From IMG/VR virus record IMGVR_UViG_3300045136_000892: a stretch of 64,000 bases of DNA; one strand, written 5' to 3'. The notes beneath the pieces were generated by a model. The model was not told where the DNA came from. It saw nothing but the letters and a program-made list of their open reading frames with translations, and ran no database searches. Source of the stretch: a virus. Positions 16,403 to 25,273 of this stretch are shown here, piece after piece; position 1 is the first letter of the stretch, and each line of letters starts with the position of its first letter. Position numbers and translations under genes: made by a program.

Positions 16403-18151
16403 CTAGGGATTCCGGCTGGTAACGCGCTCAAAGAGCCGGAGCGTGTTGTGCGCTCCGCGCCGCTTGTTGCGATTGATGCCTCGAAAGATCAGGACCTCTA
16501 TCCCAAGGTCCTTGCAGACTTTGCAGCGGCAGGCCTTCCACGGCCGCTCCTCCAGCGTCTTCCGGTAGGCGTCGATCAGGCTGTCCCCCAGCAATTCGGC
16601 GCGGGAAAGCAGCCTGTCATAGGCGAGCACGGCCGAGAGGGCGGAATCGATCGACGTTTCCCCTCGGTCGTATGCACGGAGTTGGCGGAGAGCGCTCTTT
16701 TCGAGCCCGCGCAGCTTCGCTTCCGGCACCCCGGACGACTGCAGCCGCTTCAAGGTGCGGGGGTCGCTGAGCGGTGGTACCCTAATCGCTGCGTACCACC
16801 GTCCGTCGACGCCGAGGTAATTCTGGTCGGACCTGAGCCATGCCTTTCGGAAGTAGGTGGCGCTGTCAAAGCTCCCCACCTCGCACTCCCTGAAGTGGCC
16901 CTGAAGTGACGGGCGGAAAACGCCGAGCAAGTGAATCCAGGGCCTGATCCTGGTCTTTGATAGCTTGCCATGAACCGCCTTGACGATCTCAAGCACCTCG
17001 GCGTCGGACCTCGGCACGAGGCCGCCCAGGGCGATGTGGCGATAGCCCATCTCCGAATATAAGCCGACCTGGTTGGCGTAGCTCTCGGCGTCCAGCCCCT
17101 GAATGACGCCGACTGGCGTGAAACTCGCCGCCCGCTCACGATGGGTCTGGATGAACCGTTCGGCGTTGTCCTGGGTGAGCCTCACCCTCGCCGTGCGCTC
17201 GGCCTCGGAAAGCGACCGCTTACCGTTCGGCGTGACGATCTCGGGAATGGGGATGTGGTCGACGCTCGCCCCTAGGTCGAAGTCGTACAGGTCGTAGAGT
17301 GTCACGGCCTGTTCGACAGAGATGGTCGGCGCTTCCTCATTCGCATAGGAGAAGGCCCCGCAGTCACCGAACGCCCACTGGTCGTCATGGAGGTTGTAGA
17401 AGTCCCTGACCGACCGCGGAGCCAGGGAGTCCTCGCTGTCCTTGCCGACCCGCTTCAGCAGGCCCTTGGTGCCCAGATTCTGGGCGAGGCTCACCAGGAC
17501 TCCATCGCACAGGCGCTTCGGCCGCATCAGGCCGATGCTGTGCTGCTGCCGGCGCGACGCGCGCTGGCTGTGGGAAAAGCGGTCGTTCTCGAAGTCGTAG
17601 TCCAGGTCGAGGAAATCATCCCAGTCGGGAAGGAAGTAGAGCGGCCGCCCCAGCCTTGGCAGGTCGGCGACCCGCCGGGGCTTGGTCGGCACGATCTCCC
17701 GGAGCATGCTGCGGAGCCGGCTCAGCTTCATCCCGATCGGCCCATCGACTACCTGGACCGTCGGGCGAGGCGCCCGTAACAGATCGGGGGATATGCCGAG
17801 CAGGTAATCCTGCCCCAGCAGCAGGTCGATCCGGGCATGGGAGCCGGCCCAACCACGAAGCGTGCTGGTGACCGAACCGCCCAGTTCCGCAGCCCGCTCC
17901 GGCGTCATCCGCTGGTCGTAGGTCGAGATGGGGGAGACGCCCCCGATCATCCCGTACTTGGCGGAAAGGACCGCGATCGAGAGGGTAGAGGGCCAGCGGA
18001 ACTCACGCAGGAACGAGCGGAGCACCCGGAATGTCGGGCCGTCATAGAGGCTGACCGCCGGGAGGAGACACTCGGATTTCCGCTTAACTGCTGAGCAGCC
18101 CAGGACGATGAGCCGTTTTGCTCCGGTGGTGGAGGGCGCTGCTGGCGGCAT
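16403..18151 (-). CDS. dpdA: DpdA-like DNA transglycosylase (TGT fold) with N-terminal DUF6884/YaaA-like domain
   Basis: N-terminal ILGCSAVK...SLYDG...VLSAKYG; TGT core YFLPDWDD, DGVLVS, GDCGAFSY, SVDH, VIQG, ALGGLV, HLLG, SFDS; Zn site CRCKVC...RRGAHN. Start reassigned to ATG 18151. Confidence 0.82.
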   Translation of the reverse strand: MPPAAPSTTGAKRLIVLGCSAVKRKSECLLPAVSLYDGPTFRVLRSFLREFRWPSTLSIAVLSAKYGMIGGVSPISTYDQRMTPERAAELGGSVTSTLRGWAGSHARIDLLLGQDYLLGISPDLLRAPRPTVQVVDGPIGMKLSRLRSMLREIVPTKPRRVADLPRLGRPLYFLPDWDDFLDLDYDFENDRFSHSQRASRRQQHSIGLMRPKRLCDGVLVSLAQNLGTKGLLKRVGKDSEDSLAPRSVRDFYNLHDDQWAFGDCGAFSYANEEAPTISVEQAVTLYDLYDFDLGASVDHIPIPEIVTPNGKRSLSEAERTARVRLTQDNAERFIQTHRERAASFTPVGVIQGLDAESYANQVGLYSEMGYRHIALGGLVPRSDAEVLEIVKAVHGKLSKTRIRPWIHLLGVFRPSLQGHFRECEVGSFDSATYFRKAWLRSDQNYLGVDGRWYAAIRVPPLSDPRTLKRLQSSGVPEAKLRGLEKSALRQLRAYDRGETSIDSALSAVLAYDRLLSRAELLGDSLIDAYRKTLEERPWKACRCKVCKDLGIEVLIFRGINRNKRRGAHNTLRLFERVTSRNP

Positions 18152-18696
18152 CTGCACAATCCCCGGGCCTCGCCTCAGTCGCGTGGGGCCAGCCTTCGTA
18201 TAGTCTCTAAACTGCGTGGCGGCATGACAATTTTGCGTCACGGACGAAGCCGCCGCAAGCGAGTAGCTGGAGTACTCCCTGCATGCACGCCGCCCCGTTG
18301 TCGGCCCGAACTTCCCCGTTCCGGTGAGGGCGCGCCACGCCTGCAGCGAGTCCATGCCAGACGCCTCGCCCACACATCCCGCCGAGCACGCCGAGGACTT
18401 TGCGAGACGCTAAACGCAGGAACTGAACGGCCAGACGGGGTTCCAGTTCGCCGAACAATAAGCCCGGGAAGCCGTCGAATCGGTTACGCGAGGCCCAATC
18501 CCACGATAGCCAGCATGGATGGATATCCCGCTTTCCCCGCCTCAACTTCCCGATGGCCGCCTGATCTCTGCACGTGCAGAGAAACGGTCAGGGATGGCTT
18601 GAAATCCTCGAAAAATCTGGGAAAATCTAGAAGCGGTTTGGAGCGGCGATGTGGCATCTAAGTCATTGCGAGTTAAGAATTTACGCTGCGTTCGAT

Positions 18697-18745
18697 CGCA
18701 GCATTCGCAATGCTGAGGTTGAGGGTTCGATCCCCTTCCGCTCCA
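18697..18745 (+). repeat. 3' half of tRNA-Ala(CGC), an att-site duplication
   Basis: CAGCA-TT-CGC-AA-TGCTG, AGGTT, GAGGG-TTCGATC-CCCTT, CCGCTCCA. No D-arm or 5' acceptor strand upstream; integrase starts 87 bp downstream. Confidence 0.8.
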
Positions 18746-18792
18746 CTTTTCCCCGCAAGAACTTAGGGCGAGACGCGAAGTACTCTGGGACG

Positions 18793-18815
18793 TCTGACAG
18801 AGAAATCTGACAGAG
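18793..18815 (+). repeat. Direct repeat TCTGACAGAG x2, a probable integrase arm-type site
   Basis: Exact 10-bp repeats at 18793 and 18806, between att and int. Confidence 0.55.
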
Positions 18816-18831
18816 TTCTCGGGGTGCGACC

Positions 18832-20028
18832 ATGCCCGGACGACGCCGCAGGGAGCCGGCCCCCTTCTGGTGGGCGGCCCGCAATTCCTACTATCTCCAG
18901 GTCGGCGGGAAGCAGATCAAGCTCTCGCCCGACCTCGACGAGGCGAGGCGCCTCGCGCACGGGATCCTGGCCGAACGGTCCACGGAGGAGCTCCCGGCCG
19001 TGATCAGCCCGGCCGGGCCGCTCGTCGTCGAGGTCTGCGACCAGTTCCTCGAGTGGTGCCGGGCCCACAAGGCGCCCCTCACGTACGAGGCCTACCGCAG
19101 GAGGCTCCAGCACCTGGTAGATGACCTCAAGGGGCATGGCGAGTCGCTCCTTTCGGTCGTTGAATTTCGCCCGCGCCACGTCTCGCGCGTCATGACCGCG
19201 CACCCCGGATGGTCGGCCAACACCAAGGCCGACTTCGCTGGGGCGTGCGGCCGCGCGATGAACTGGGCCCTCAAGCAGGGGATCGTCGAGCGGAACCCGA
19301 TCGCCCACGTCGAGAAGCCGGGCCGTAAGACGCGGGACCTGATCGTCTCGCCGAAGGACCTGGAGCTCATCCTCTCGGCCGTGCTCGAGCCGACGCTCCG
19401 CGACCTGGTCGAGCTCGCCTGGGAGACCGGCGCCCGCGTCCAGGAGCTCCGGAAGATCGAGGCCCGCTTCGTCGACCTCGAACGCTCGCGGATCGTCCTC
19501 CCGCCCAAGGAATCCAAGGGCGGGCGGCACCATCGGGTGATCTACCTCGGCACGCCGCGCGCCCGGGGGATCGTCGCCCGCCTCGCGCGTGAGCGGCCCG
19601 AGGGCGCACTCCTCAGGAACGCCGACGGGGAGGCGTGGACCAAGGACGCCATCAACTGCGCCTTCCGCCGGCTCAGGTTCCGGATCGCGGAGCTCCTGAT
19701 GGAGCGGGAGGGGACGGCCCGGCCGCCCCACCCGGCCGGCGGGCTCCTCCCCGGGGCCCGGGCGGCCAGGCGTCTCGCGCTCGAGCGCTGGAAGGAGGAG
19801 CGGGGGCGCGTCGCGCGCGAGCGCGTGCCGAGGTTCCACCTGGGCGCGCTCCGCAAGGGCTTCGCCACCGAGGCCTTGAAGGCCGGGCTCGACACGGTCA
19901 CCGTCGCCCACCTGCTCGGCCACAGGGACGGAACGATGGTCTCCCGGCACTACGGCCACGTGCAGCAGGACCCCGAGCACATGGCGCGGGCGGCCGCCCG
20001 GGCTAGAGGCGGAGGTGGCGCAGGCTGA
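18832..20028 (+). CDS. Tyrosine integrase
   Basis: ETGARVQE, K, LRKGFAT, LLGH, RHYGH catalytic motifs; adjacent to the tRNA att site. Confidence 0.92.
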   Translation: MPGRRRREPAPFWWAARNSYYLQVGGKQIKLSPDLDEARRLAHGILAERSTEELPAVISPAGPLVVEVCDQFLEWCRAHKAPLTYEAYRRRLQHLVDDLKGHGESLLSVVEFRPRHVSRVMTAHPGWSANTKADFAGACGRAMNWALKQGIVERNPIAHVEKPGRKTRDLIVSPKDLELILSAVLEPTLRDLVELAWETGARVQELRKIEARFVDLERSRIVLPPKESKGGRHHRVIYLGTPRARGIVARLARERPEGALLRNADGEAWTKDAINCAFRRLRFRIAELLMEREGTARPPHPAGGLLPGARAARRLALERWKEERGRVARERVPRFHLGALRKGFATEALKAGLDTVTVAHLLGHRDGTMVSRHYGHVQQDPEHMARAAARARGGGGAG

Positions 20029-20242
20029 CCCGGCGACGGGGCGCCGGGGTCGCCTTGCCATCGGACGAGCTCGCGTCGACCGTGACCGCTCGGATGTACT
20101 CCTCGAGCGCGTCCTCGGGGATGCGGATGACGCCGCGCCCCAGGCCGATGCGGCAATGGCGGAGGAGGCCCGCGGCCAGGAGCCGGCGCACGAGCCCCGG
20201 CCTGGCATTGAGCCTCTCAGCCGCCTGCGCCACGGTCAGCAT
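20003..20242 (-). CDS. Excisionase (HTH_17)
   Basis: MLTVAQAAERL...VIRIPEDALEEYI; convergent with the integrase. Confidence 0.85.
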   Translation of the reverse strand: MLTVAQAAERLNARPGLVRRLLAAGLLRHCRIGLGRGVIRIPEDALEEYIRAVTVDASSSDGKATPAPRRRVSLRHLRL

Positions 20243-20325
20243 GCGCGCCCCTCGAGATCGCTCGCCCTCCTTGACGCGTGCTCAACGTCTCATCATCCGC
20301 CCCGGCGACCACCCCGACGGGTCGT

Positions 20326-21582
20326 CTAGCGCCCGCTCCGTGCGAGGATCGCCCCCGGCCACGCCTCGGCGTCGAGCCGGACCGAACCCGAGAGCGACGC
20401 CGACGCCCAGGGCCCCTCGAGCCGCCGGCCGTCGAAGGCGAGCTCGTAGGTCATCTGCTCCGGCGAGATGGCGCCCTCCCACCACTCGACCCGGAGGGTG
20501 AGCCGACGCCCGTCCCCGGAGATCCGTCCCTCGAGGCCCCTTCGGCCGAAGGGGCCGTAGTGCATGACGCCGCTGACCCGGTCGCCCAGGCGCTCGACGA
20601 CCTCGAGCCGCACGGGCGTCGAGAAGCCGTGCGACGGGGTGGAGAGCGTCCCCCGGAAGACCCACCCGGCCTGGAGCGCCGCGGCGCCGGGGCGCGGCGT
20701 GGGCGGGCCCTTAAACGCCGCGTTCACGGCCTCGGCCCGCACTCGCACCACGCGGGTCGGGGCGGGCGAGGGGACGAGGGTGGACGTCTCCCCGGCCGGC
20801 GGAGGGTCCTCGGCCGGGGGCGGCGGGGTTGTGGGGCCCTCGGGCTTCCCGAGCAGCTCCTCCTCGTAGCGCCGGACGACCGCGATGAACTGCCCGAGCG
20901 TGCGGCTGAACGCACGGCCGTCCGCCGCGACCTCGGGCGCTCGGCCCCCGCCCGAGAAGATCGCGAGCGCCGCCTCGGTGTCCCTCAGGCACCGCTCGCT
21001 CTCGGCCAGGTACCTCCTCACCTCCTCGAGCTCCCTGATGAATCGGTCGGTGAGCTCGATCCGCCGCGGCGTGTCGCCGGCGAGCCGGTCGAACTCCCTG
21101 GCGATGGCGAGGTTGATGGCCCTGTGGTCGGGGTCGGCGTAGCCCCGCGCGCGCTCGCGGTAGGAGGCCGCCGACGAGGCGTAGCCCACCTGGACGATCG
21201 GGAGCTGCACGCGGAGGTCGGTCGCCGCCCGGTGGATGGCGTCGCAGTCGCCGCGCGCCGACTCGATGAGCGGGCGCATGCGCTCGGAGACCCGCTTCAG
21301 GTCGCCCTCGATCCGCTCCCGGCCCCGGTAGCCCTCGTCGAGCCTCGTGAGCCGCTCGTGGATCCGGGCGATCGCGGCCGAGATGGCGTCCCCCGTCGAG
21401 GCCGACTCGGCCACCGCCGGGTCGTCCTTCGCGTCCCGCGGCGCGGGCGTCTTGAAGGTCTCGCCCGCGAGCGCCGCCCGGGCCTCCTTCTCCGGTTGGC
21501 AGCCCGTGAGCGTCAGGGCACCGGCGAGCGCGGCCAGCCCCGCGGCGACGCTGGGACCGGCGTTCAAAGCGCGAAGTCGCAT
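20326..21582 (-). CDS. Hypothetical coiled-coil lipoprotein
   Basis: GGAGG RBS at ATG 21582; signal peptide with lipobox LTGC; directly downstream of the coupling protein. Confidence 0.65.
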   Translation of the reverse strand: MRLRALNAGPSVAAGLAALAGALTLTGCQPEKEARAALAGETFKTPAPRDAKDDPAVAESASTGDAISAAIARIHERLTRLDEGYRGRERIEGDLKRVSERMRPLIESARGDCDAIHRAATDLRVQLPIVQVGYASSAASYRERARGYADPDHRAINLAIAREFDRLAGDTPRRIELTDRFIRELEEVRRYLAESERCLRDTEAALAIFSGGGRAPEVAADGRAFSRTLGQFIAVVRRYEEELLGKPEGPTTPPPPAEDPPPAGETSTLVPSPAPTRVVRVRAEAVNAAFKGPPTPRPGAAALQAGWVFRGTLSTPSHGFSTPVRLEVVERLGDRVSGVMHYGPFGRRGLEGRISGDGRRLTLRVEWWEGAISPEQMTYELAFDGRRLEGPWASASLSGSVRLDAEAWPGAILARSGR

Positions 21583-21599
21583 CGAACCTACCTCCCGGA

Positions 21600-23339
21600 T
21601 CACTTGACACCTCCCATCTCGTCCCAGGTCATCTCGATCGCGGCGATGAGTTCCGGGGTCGCCTCGAGCTTCAAGCGGCCCACGTCCTCGAGCCTCCACG
21701 GCATGAGCCGCTGGGCGGAGTCGGGCCGGAGCGGCATCGCGTCGACGGGCGGATCGGGCAGGTCGCGGAAGTGGGAGACGAACGGCGACTCGAAGTAGAA
21801 GGCGCCCGTCTCGGGATTGAACGCGTAGCCGTGGATTCGATCCGACACCGGGTCGGCGTAGGGCAGGTTCGTGAGCTCGCTCGGCAGCACCGCGTCGCGC
21901 ACGGTGAGCTGGAAGCTCTCGGCGTACGTCGAGCTGTGCGAGGTGGTCACCGAGTGCGACGAGCCGTGGCCCCGCGTGGAGCTGAAGCCGGGGCCCCACG
22001 AGGAGGTGTCGCTCGTGCCGCGCGTCTCGCTCGTGGCCGAGGTGAACGAGAGCGAGTAGCTTTTGAGCAGCCCCTCCACCTTGCCCACCGCCTTGCTGAA
22101 GGCCTCGGCCGTGTCGGGCCCCGCGGTGAGCGCCACCCAGGTCGAGACCAGGTCCACGAGCTCGTCGACCCGCGCCTTGCCCCACTTGTTGACGAGCCCC
22201 GGCGTGCCCTGGGCCGCGAAGATCGCCCCGAAGCCCGCCCCGCGCCCGCGGGCCGCGAGGTCCTCGAGCCCGGCCAGGTCGGCGAGGTAGCGGCCCTCGT
22301 CGAGCCAGAGCACGGTGTGGTCGAAGGGGTCGTCGCGCGCCGTGCCGACCAGCACGAGGATGTGCGTCAGGGCGTTGGCGATGCCGGCCAGGGACGGGAT
22401 CAGGACGGGCGTGTAGGCGAAGTGGAGCACCTGGCGGGCGTCCAGGAAGTCCCGGAGCGAGAAGGTGGCCTCGGCCCTCTGCCAGAGCGCGGCGGCGATG
22501 GCCATCGAGTTGGTGATGGAGCTCGCCGTCGAGATGATGTCGCGGCCGAGCCGGCCCACGAGCTCGTGCCTCGCGAGCCCGCGGGTGGTGATGCCCTGCT
22601 CGAGGAGCGGCTTCAGGAACTGGGGGTACTTGATCGGGATGATCAGGTCGTGGAACTCCCACGCCGAGCCCTTCTCGAGGAAGACGTCCACGACGCCCTC
22701 GGTCACCTCGCGGGCCTTGGTGTTCCAGAACGGGTCGCCGGCCTTCCTGGCCAGGGAGTCCGGGAAGAGCCCGGCCTGGAGCGCCCGGTTGAGCCCGGCG
22801 CTCGTGATGTCGTCGCGGATGGCCCAGCGCCTGCCGCCCGCGTCCATCGGCGTCGCCCGGACGATCGGGACGTCCGAGGGGACGACCTGGTAGAGAAGCC
22901 GGAAGTAGGCGTCGGTGGGGTCGACGACCAGCCAGCGCATCTTCCCTTCGCCCGGGTAGAGCCCCGCCCTCGACTGCTCGGGGAGGACGTGGAAGAGCCC
23001 GGCCACCGACTGCATCATCATCCGCATCATCGCGGTCTTGCCGGAGTCCGGCTTGCCGGTGATGAGCGTCAACTTGTTCAAGAATCGGCGCGCGGGCCAC
23101 AGCACGCCGGCGAGGAGGTAGAGCGGGCCGGGGTCGGCCGCGAGGTACCTCGCCGCGAGCTCCTGGGTCGTGCACACGGCGCCCCGGTGGCGGGTGAAGA
23201 GGTGGTGGTCGACGTGCGGGGGGCGCGTCGGCACCAAAGGTTTCGCGGCGGGGGCCGGGCACTTCGACTCGCGGGTCGCGCGCCGGAGCGCCCGGCGTGC
23301 GACCAGGAGGGCCGCGGCCAGGGTCAGGATCTCGAGCAT
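21600..23339 (-). CDS. VirD4/TrwB-like type IV coupling protein
   Basis: N-terminal TM; Walker A GKPDSGKT, VVDP, DPFW, Walker B LWLDE, ARGRGAG, AAQG. Confidence 0.85.
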   Translation of the reverse strand: MLEILTLAAALLVARRALRRATRESKCPAPAAKPLVPTRPPHVDHHLFTRHRGAVCTTQELAARYLAADPGPLYLLAGVLWPARRFLNKLTLITGKPDSGKTAMMRMMMQSVAGLFHVLPEQSRAGLYPGEGKMRWLVVDPTDAYFRLLYQVVPSDVPIVRATPMDAGGRRWAIRDDITSAGLNRALQAGLFPDSLARKAGDPFWNTKAREVTEGVVDVFLEKGSAWEFHDLIIPIKYPQFLKPLLEQGITTRGLARHELVGRLGRDIISTASSITNSMAIAAALWQRAEATFSLRDFLDARQVLHFAYTPVLIPSLAGIANALTHILVLVGTARDDPFDHTVLWLDEGRYLADLAGLEDLAARGRGAGFGAIFAAQGTPGLVNKWGKARVDELVDLVSTWVALTAGPDTAEAFSKAVGKVEGLLKSYSLSFTSATSETRGTSDTSSWGPGFSSTRGHGSSHSVTTSHSSTYAESFQLTVRDAVLPSELTNLPYADPVSDRIHGYAFNPETGAFYFESPFVSHFRDLPDPPVDAMPLRPDSAQRLMPWRLEDVGRLKLEATPELIAAIEMTWDEMGGVK

Positions 23340-23367
23340 CGTCAACTCCTCTCTGGTTGGTGGGTCT

Positions 23368-25014
23368 TTAGAGCTCGCGCGTGTGCCACCGCTGGTGGGA
23401 CTGCTGCTGGAGGTGCTGGAGCCGGTCGCATTCGGAGAGGACGACGGAGGCCCCGTCGCGCTTTGCGACCTTCGCGAGCAGGCGCAAGTCCCGGGGCGAG
23501 GCGAGCCCGCCCCGGGAGACGACCACGACCGAGTTCTTCGGGAGGCGCTCGTGCGAGCGGAGCGACTCGAAGACCCCCTCGGCGTGGGCGGCGCGATCGT
23601 GGGGATTGCCGCGTGCCCTGGCGATCCCCGCCCAGAGGGCCTTCCCGTGCGCCAGGAGGTACGGCGTCGGTCGCAGCCGGTCGACCAGCTCGGGGAGCCG
23701 CCCGGCATCCACCCGGATCGCCCGCGGCGGCGGGTTCACCGCCTCGGCCAGGCGCTCGACGACAGCCGTCGCCTTCCTGGCCGTCTGGACCAGCACCGCG
23801 GCCCCGAGCCCCCGGGCCGCCGCCTTCACCTCCTCCCAGGCCTCCTTCGTGTCGGCCCGGTAGGTGCGGGCGTTCTCCCTCGAGACCTTCGCCGACCCGC
23901 CCGCGACGTACCGGACGCTCCCGTCGGGCATCGTGCGCCCCTTGACGCCCGCGATCGAGCGGTCCCGCAGGACGGAGCGGCCCATGGCGTCGAGCGAGTC
24001 GAGCGTCGTGGGCCTGCCGATCCCGAGCGTGTAGAGCCGCTCGTAGAACTGCTCCGTCGTGAAGGCCCCGTGCCTCCTCGCGCAGGACTTCACGGCCTCC
24101 TTCGCCACGTGGAAGGCCGCGGCCATCTCGGTCGCGGGGTCACGCGGGGCGGCCTTGCCCCTGGTGAGCGAGTCGAGCGTCACGCCGTACCGTGCGGCAA
24201 CCTCCTTGCAGTCACGGTGGCACTCCTCGGGGGTCTTGTGGACGCGCGCCCCGAGCTCGCGTCGCGCCTCGCGGGCGTAGAAGTCGAGTGCCCGGGCCCC
24301 GCTGAACCCCTTCGCCTCGCGGGCCGCCTCGATGGCGCGTCTCGAGGGCGAGAGCTCCTCGATGAGCTCGCGCGGGACGCCGGCGAGCTCGACCTTCTTG
24401 CCGACCCGCACCGTCTCGATGCCGCGCGCCCGGAGCTCGTCGTCGAGGCCCTTCTGGACCCGGGCCCTCAAGACACCCTGGGCCTGAAACAGCTCGCGCG
24501 CGTTGGCGATCGAGCCGACCTTCCGGTCGGGGGTGGCCGACAGGTTGAAGACCGCGTAGTGGACGTGCGCCTGCGGCTGGCCGCGGAAGCCCTCCCTGTG
24601 GGGGAACGCCGCGGCGAGCCCGAAGCTTGCGAGCTTCTGCTTGCCCTGCGGACCAGAATTGATCCTCTGGCTCGAGAGGAGCTTCTCGACCTCCGGGGTC
24701 GCGATCCGCGTGAAGGTCTCGGTCCAGGCCTTCTGCGCCTTCGGCGGCGTGAGCCCGTAGGCCAGGAGCGACACCGACTTGCTGAACGAGAAGGTCAGGT
24801 CGAAGCAGCCGACCCGGTTGGCCTGCACATGCTTCAGGTACGCCCGCCCGTTCGAGAGCGCCTGGACCGCCTGCGGGTTGGGCTCCGCGCCGAGGCCCAG
24901 GATGGCCGGCGCCGGGCCCACCCAGAACGGCAGCACGCCCGCGTCTCTGGCCTCGGTCCACACGCGCTCGAAGTCGAAGAAGTAGCGACCGCTGCCCTTA
25001 CTCACCGCGGCCAT
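23368..25014 (-). CDS. MOBF (TrwC-like) relaxase with degenerate helicase remnant
   Basis: N-terminal Tyr (GRYF), FDLTFSFSKSVSLL, HUH motif FPH...PQAHVH, ELAGVPRELIEELSPSRRAI. Confidence 0.87.
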   Translation of the reverse strand: MAAVSKGSGRYFFDFERVWTEARDAGVLPFWVGPAPAILGLGAEPNPQAVQALSNGRAYLKHVQANRVGCFDLTFSFSKSVSLLAYGLTPPKAQKAWTETFTRIATPEVEKLLSSQRINSGPQGKQKLASFGLAAAFPHREGFRGQPQAHVHYAVFNLSATPDRKVGSIANARELFQAQGVLRARVQKGLDDELRARGIETVRVGKKVELAGVPRELIEELSPSRRAIEAAREAKGFSGARALDFYAREARRELGARVHKTPEECHRDCKEVAARYGVTLDSLTRGKAAPRDPATEMAAAFHVAKEAVKSCARRHGAFTTEQFYERLYTLGIGRPTTLDSLDAMGRSVLRDRSIAGVKGRTMPDGSVRYVAGGSAKVSRENARTYRADTKEAWEEVKAAARGLGAAVLVQTARKATAVVERLAEAVNPPPRAIRVDAGRLPELVDRLRPTPYLLAHGKALWAGIARARGNPHDRAAHAEGVFESLRSHERLPKNSVVVVSRGGLASPRDLRLLAKVAKRDGASVVLSECDRLQHLQQQSHQRWHTREL

Positions 25015-25273
25015 CGGCCACCTCCTTTCGGCCGTGCGTGACGTGGTCGTCGAAGAGATCGAGCGCCTCCTCGAAGGTGATCTCCTGGGAGAGGCAGGCG
25101 ACGACAAACGAACTCGCGCGCCGCAGCATGTCGCCGGGGGAGCGCGCCTCGACGGACTCGACGAGGGCTCGCCGCGCGAAGCTCGCGAGCTCCTCGCCGG
25201 CGGGCTTGGCCCGGGTGAGCGACTCGAACTCCTCGTCGCTCAGGCGGAGCATGACCGAATGACGTCGTTTCAT
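24998..25273 (-). CDS. MobC-like ribbon-helix-helix relaxosome protein
   Basis: KRRHSVMLRLSDEEFESL...LASFARRAL; overlaps the relaxase start. Confidence 0.75.
   Translation of the reverse strand: MKRRHSVMLRLSDEEFESLTRAKPAGEELASFARRALVESVEARSPGDMLRRASSFVVACLSQEITFEEALDLFDDHVTHGRKEVADGRGE

Noticed and set aside
18670-18745. Intact tRNA-Ala gene
   Set aside because: The 5' acceptor strand and D-arm are absent.
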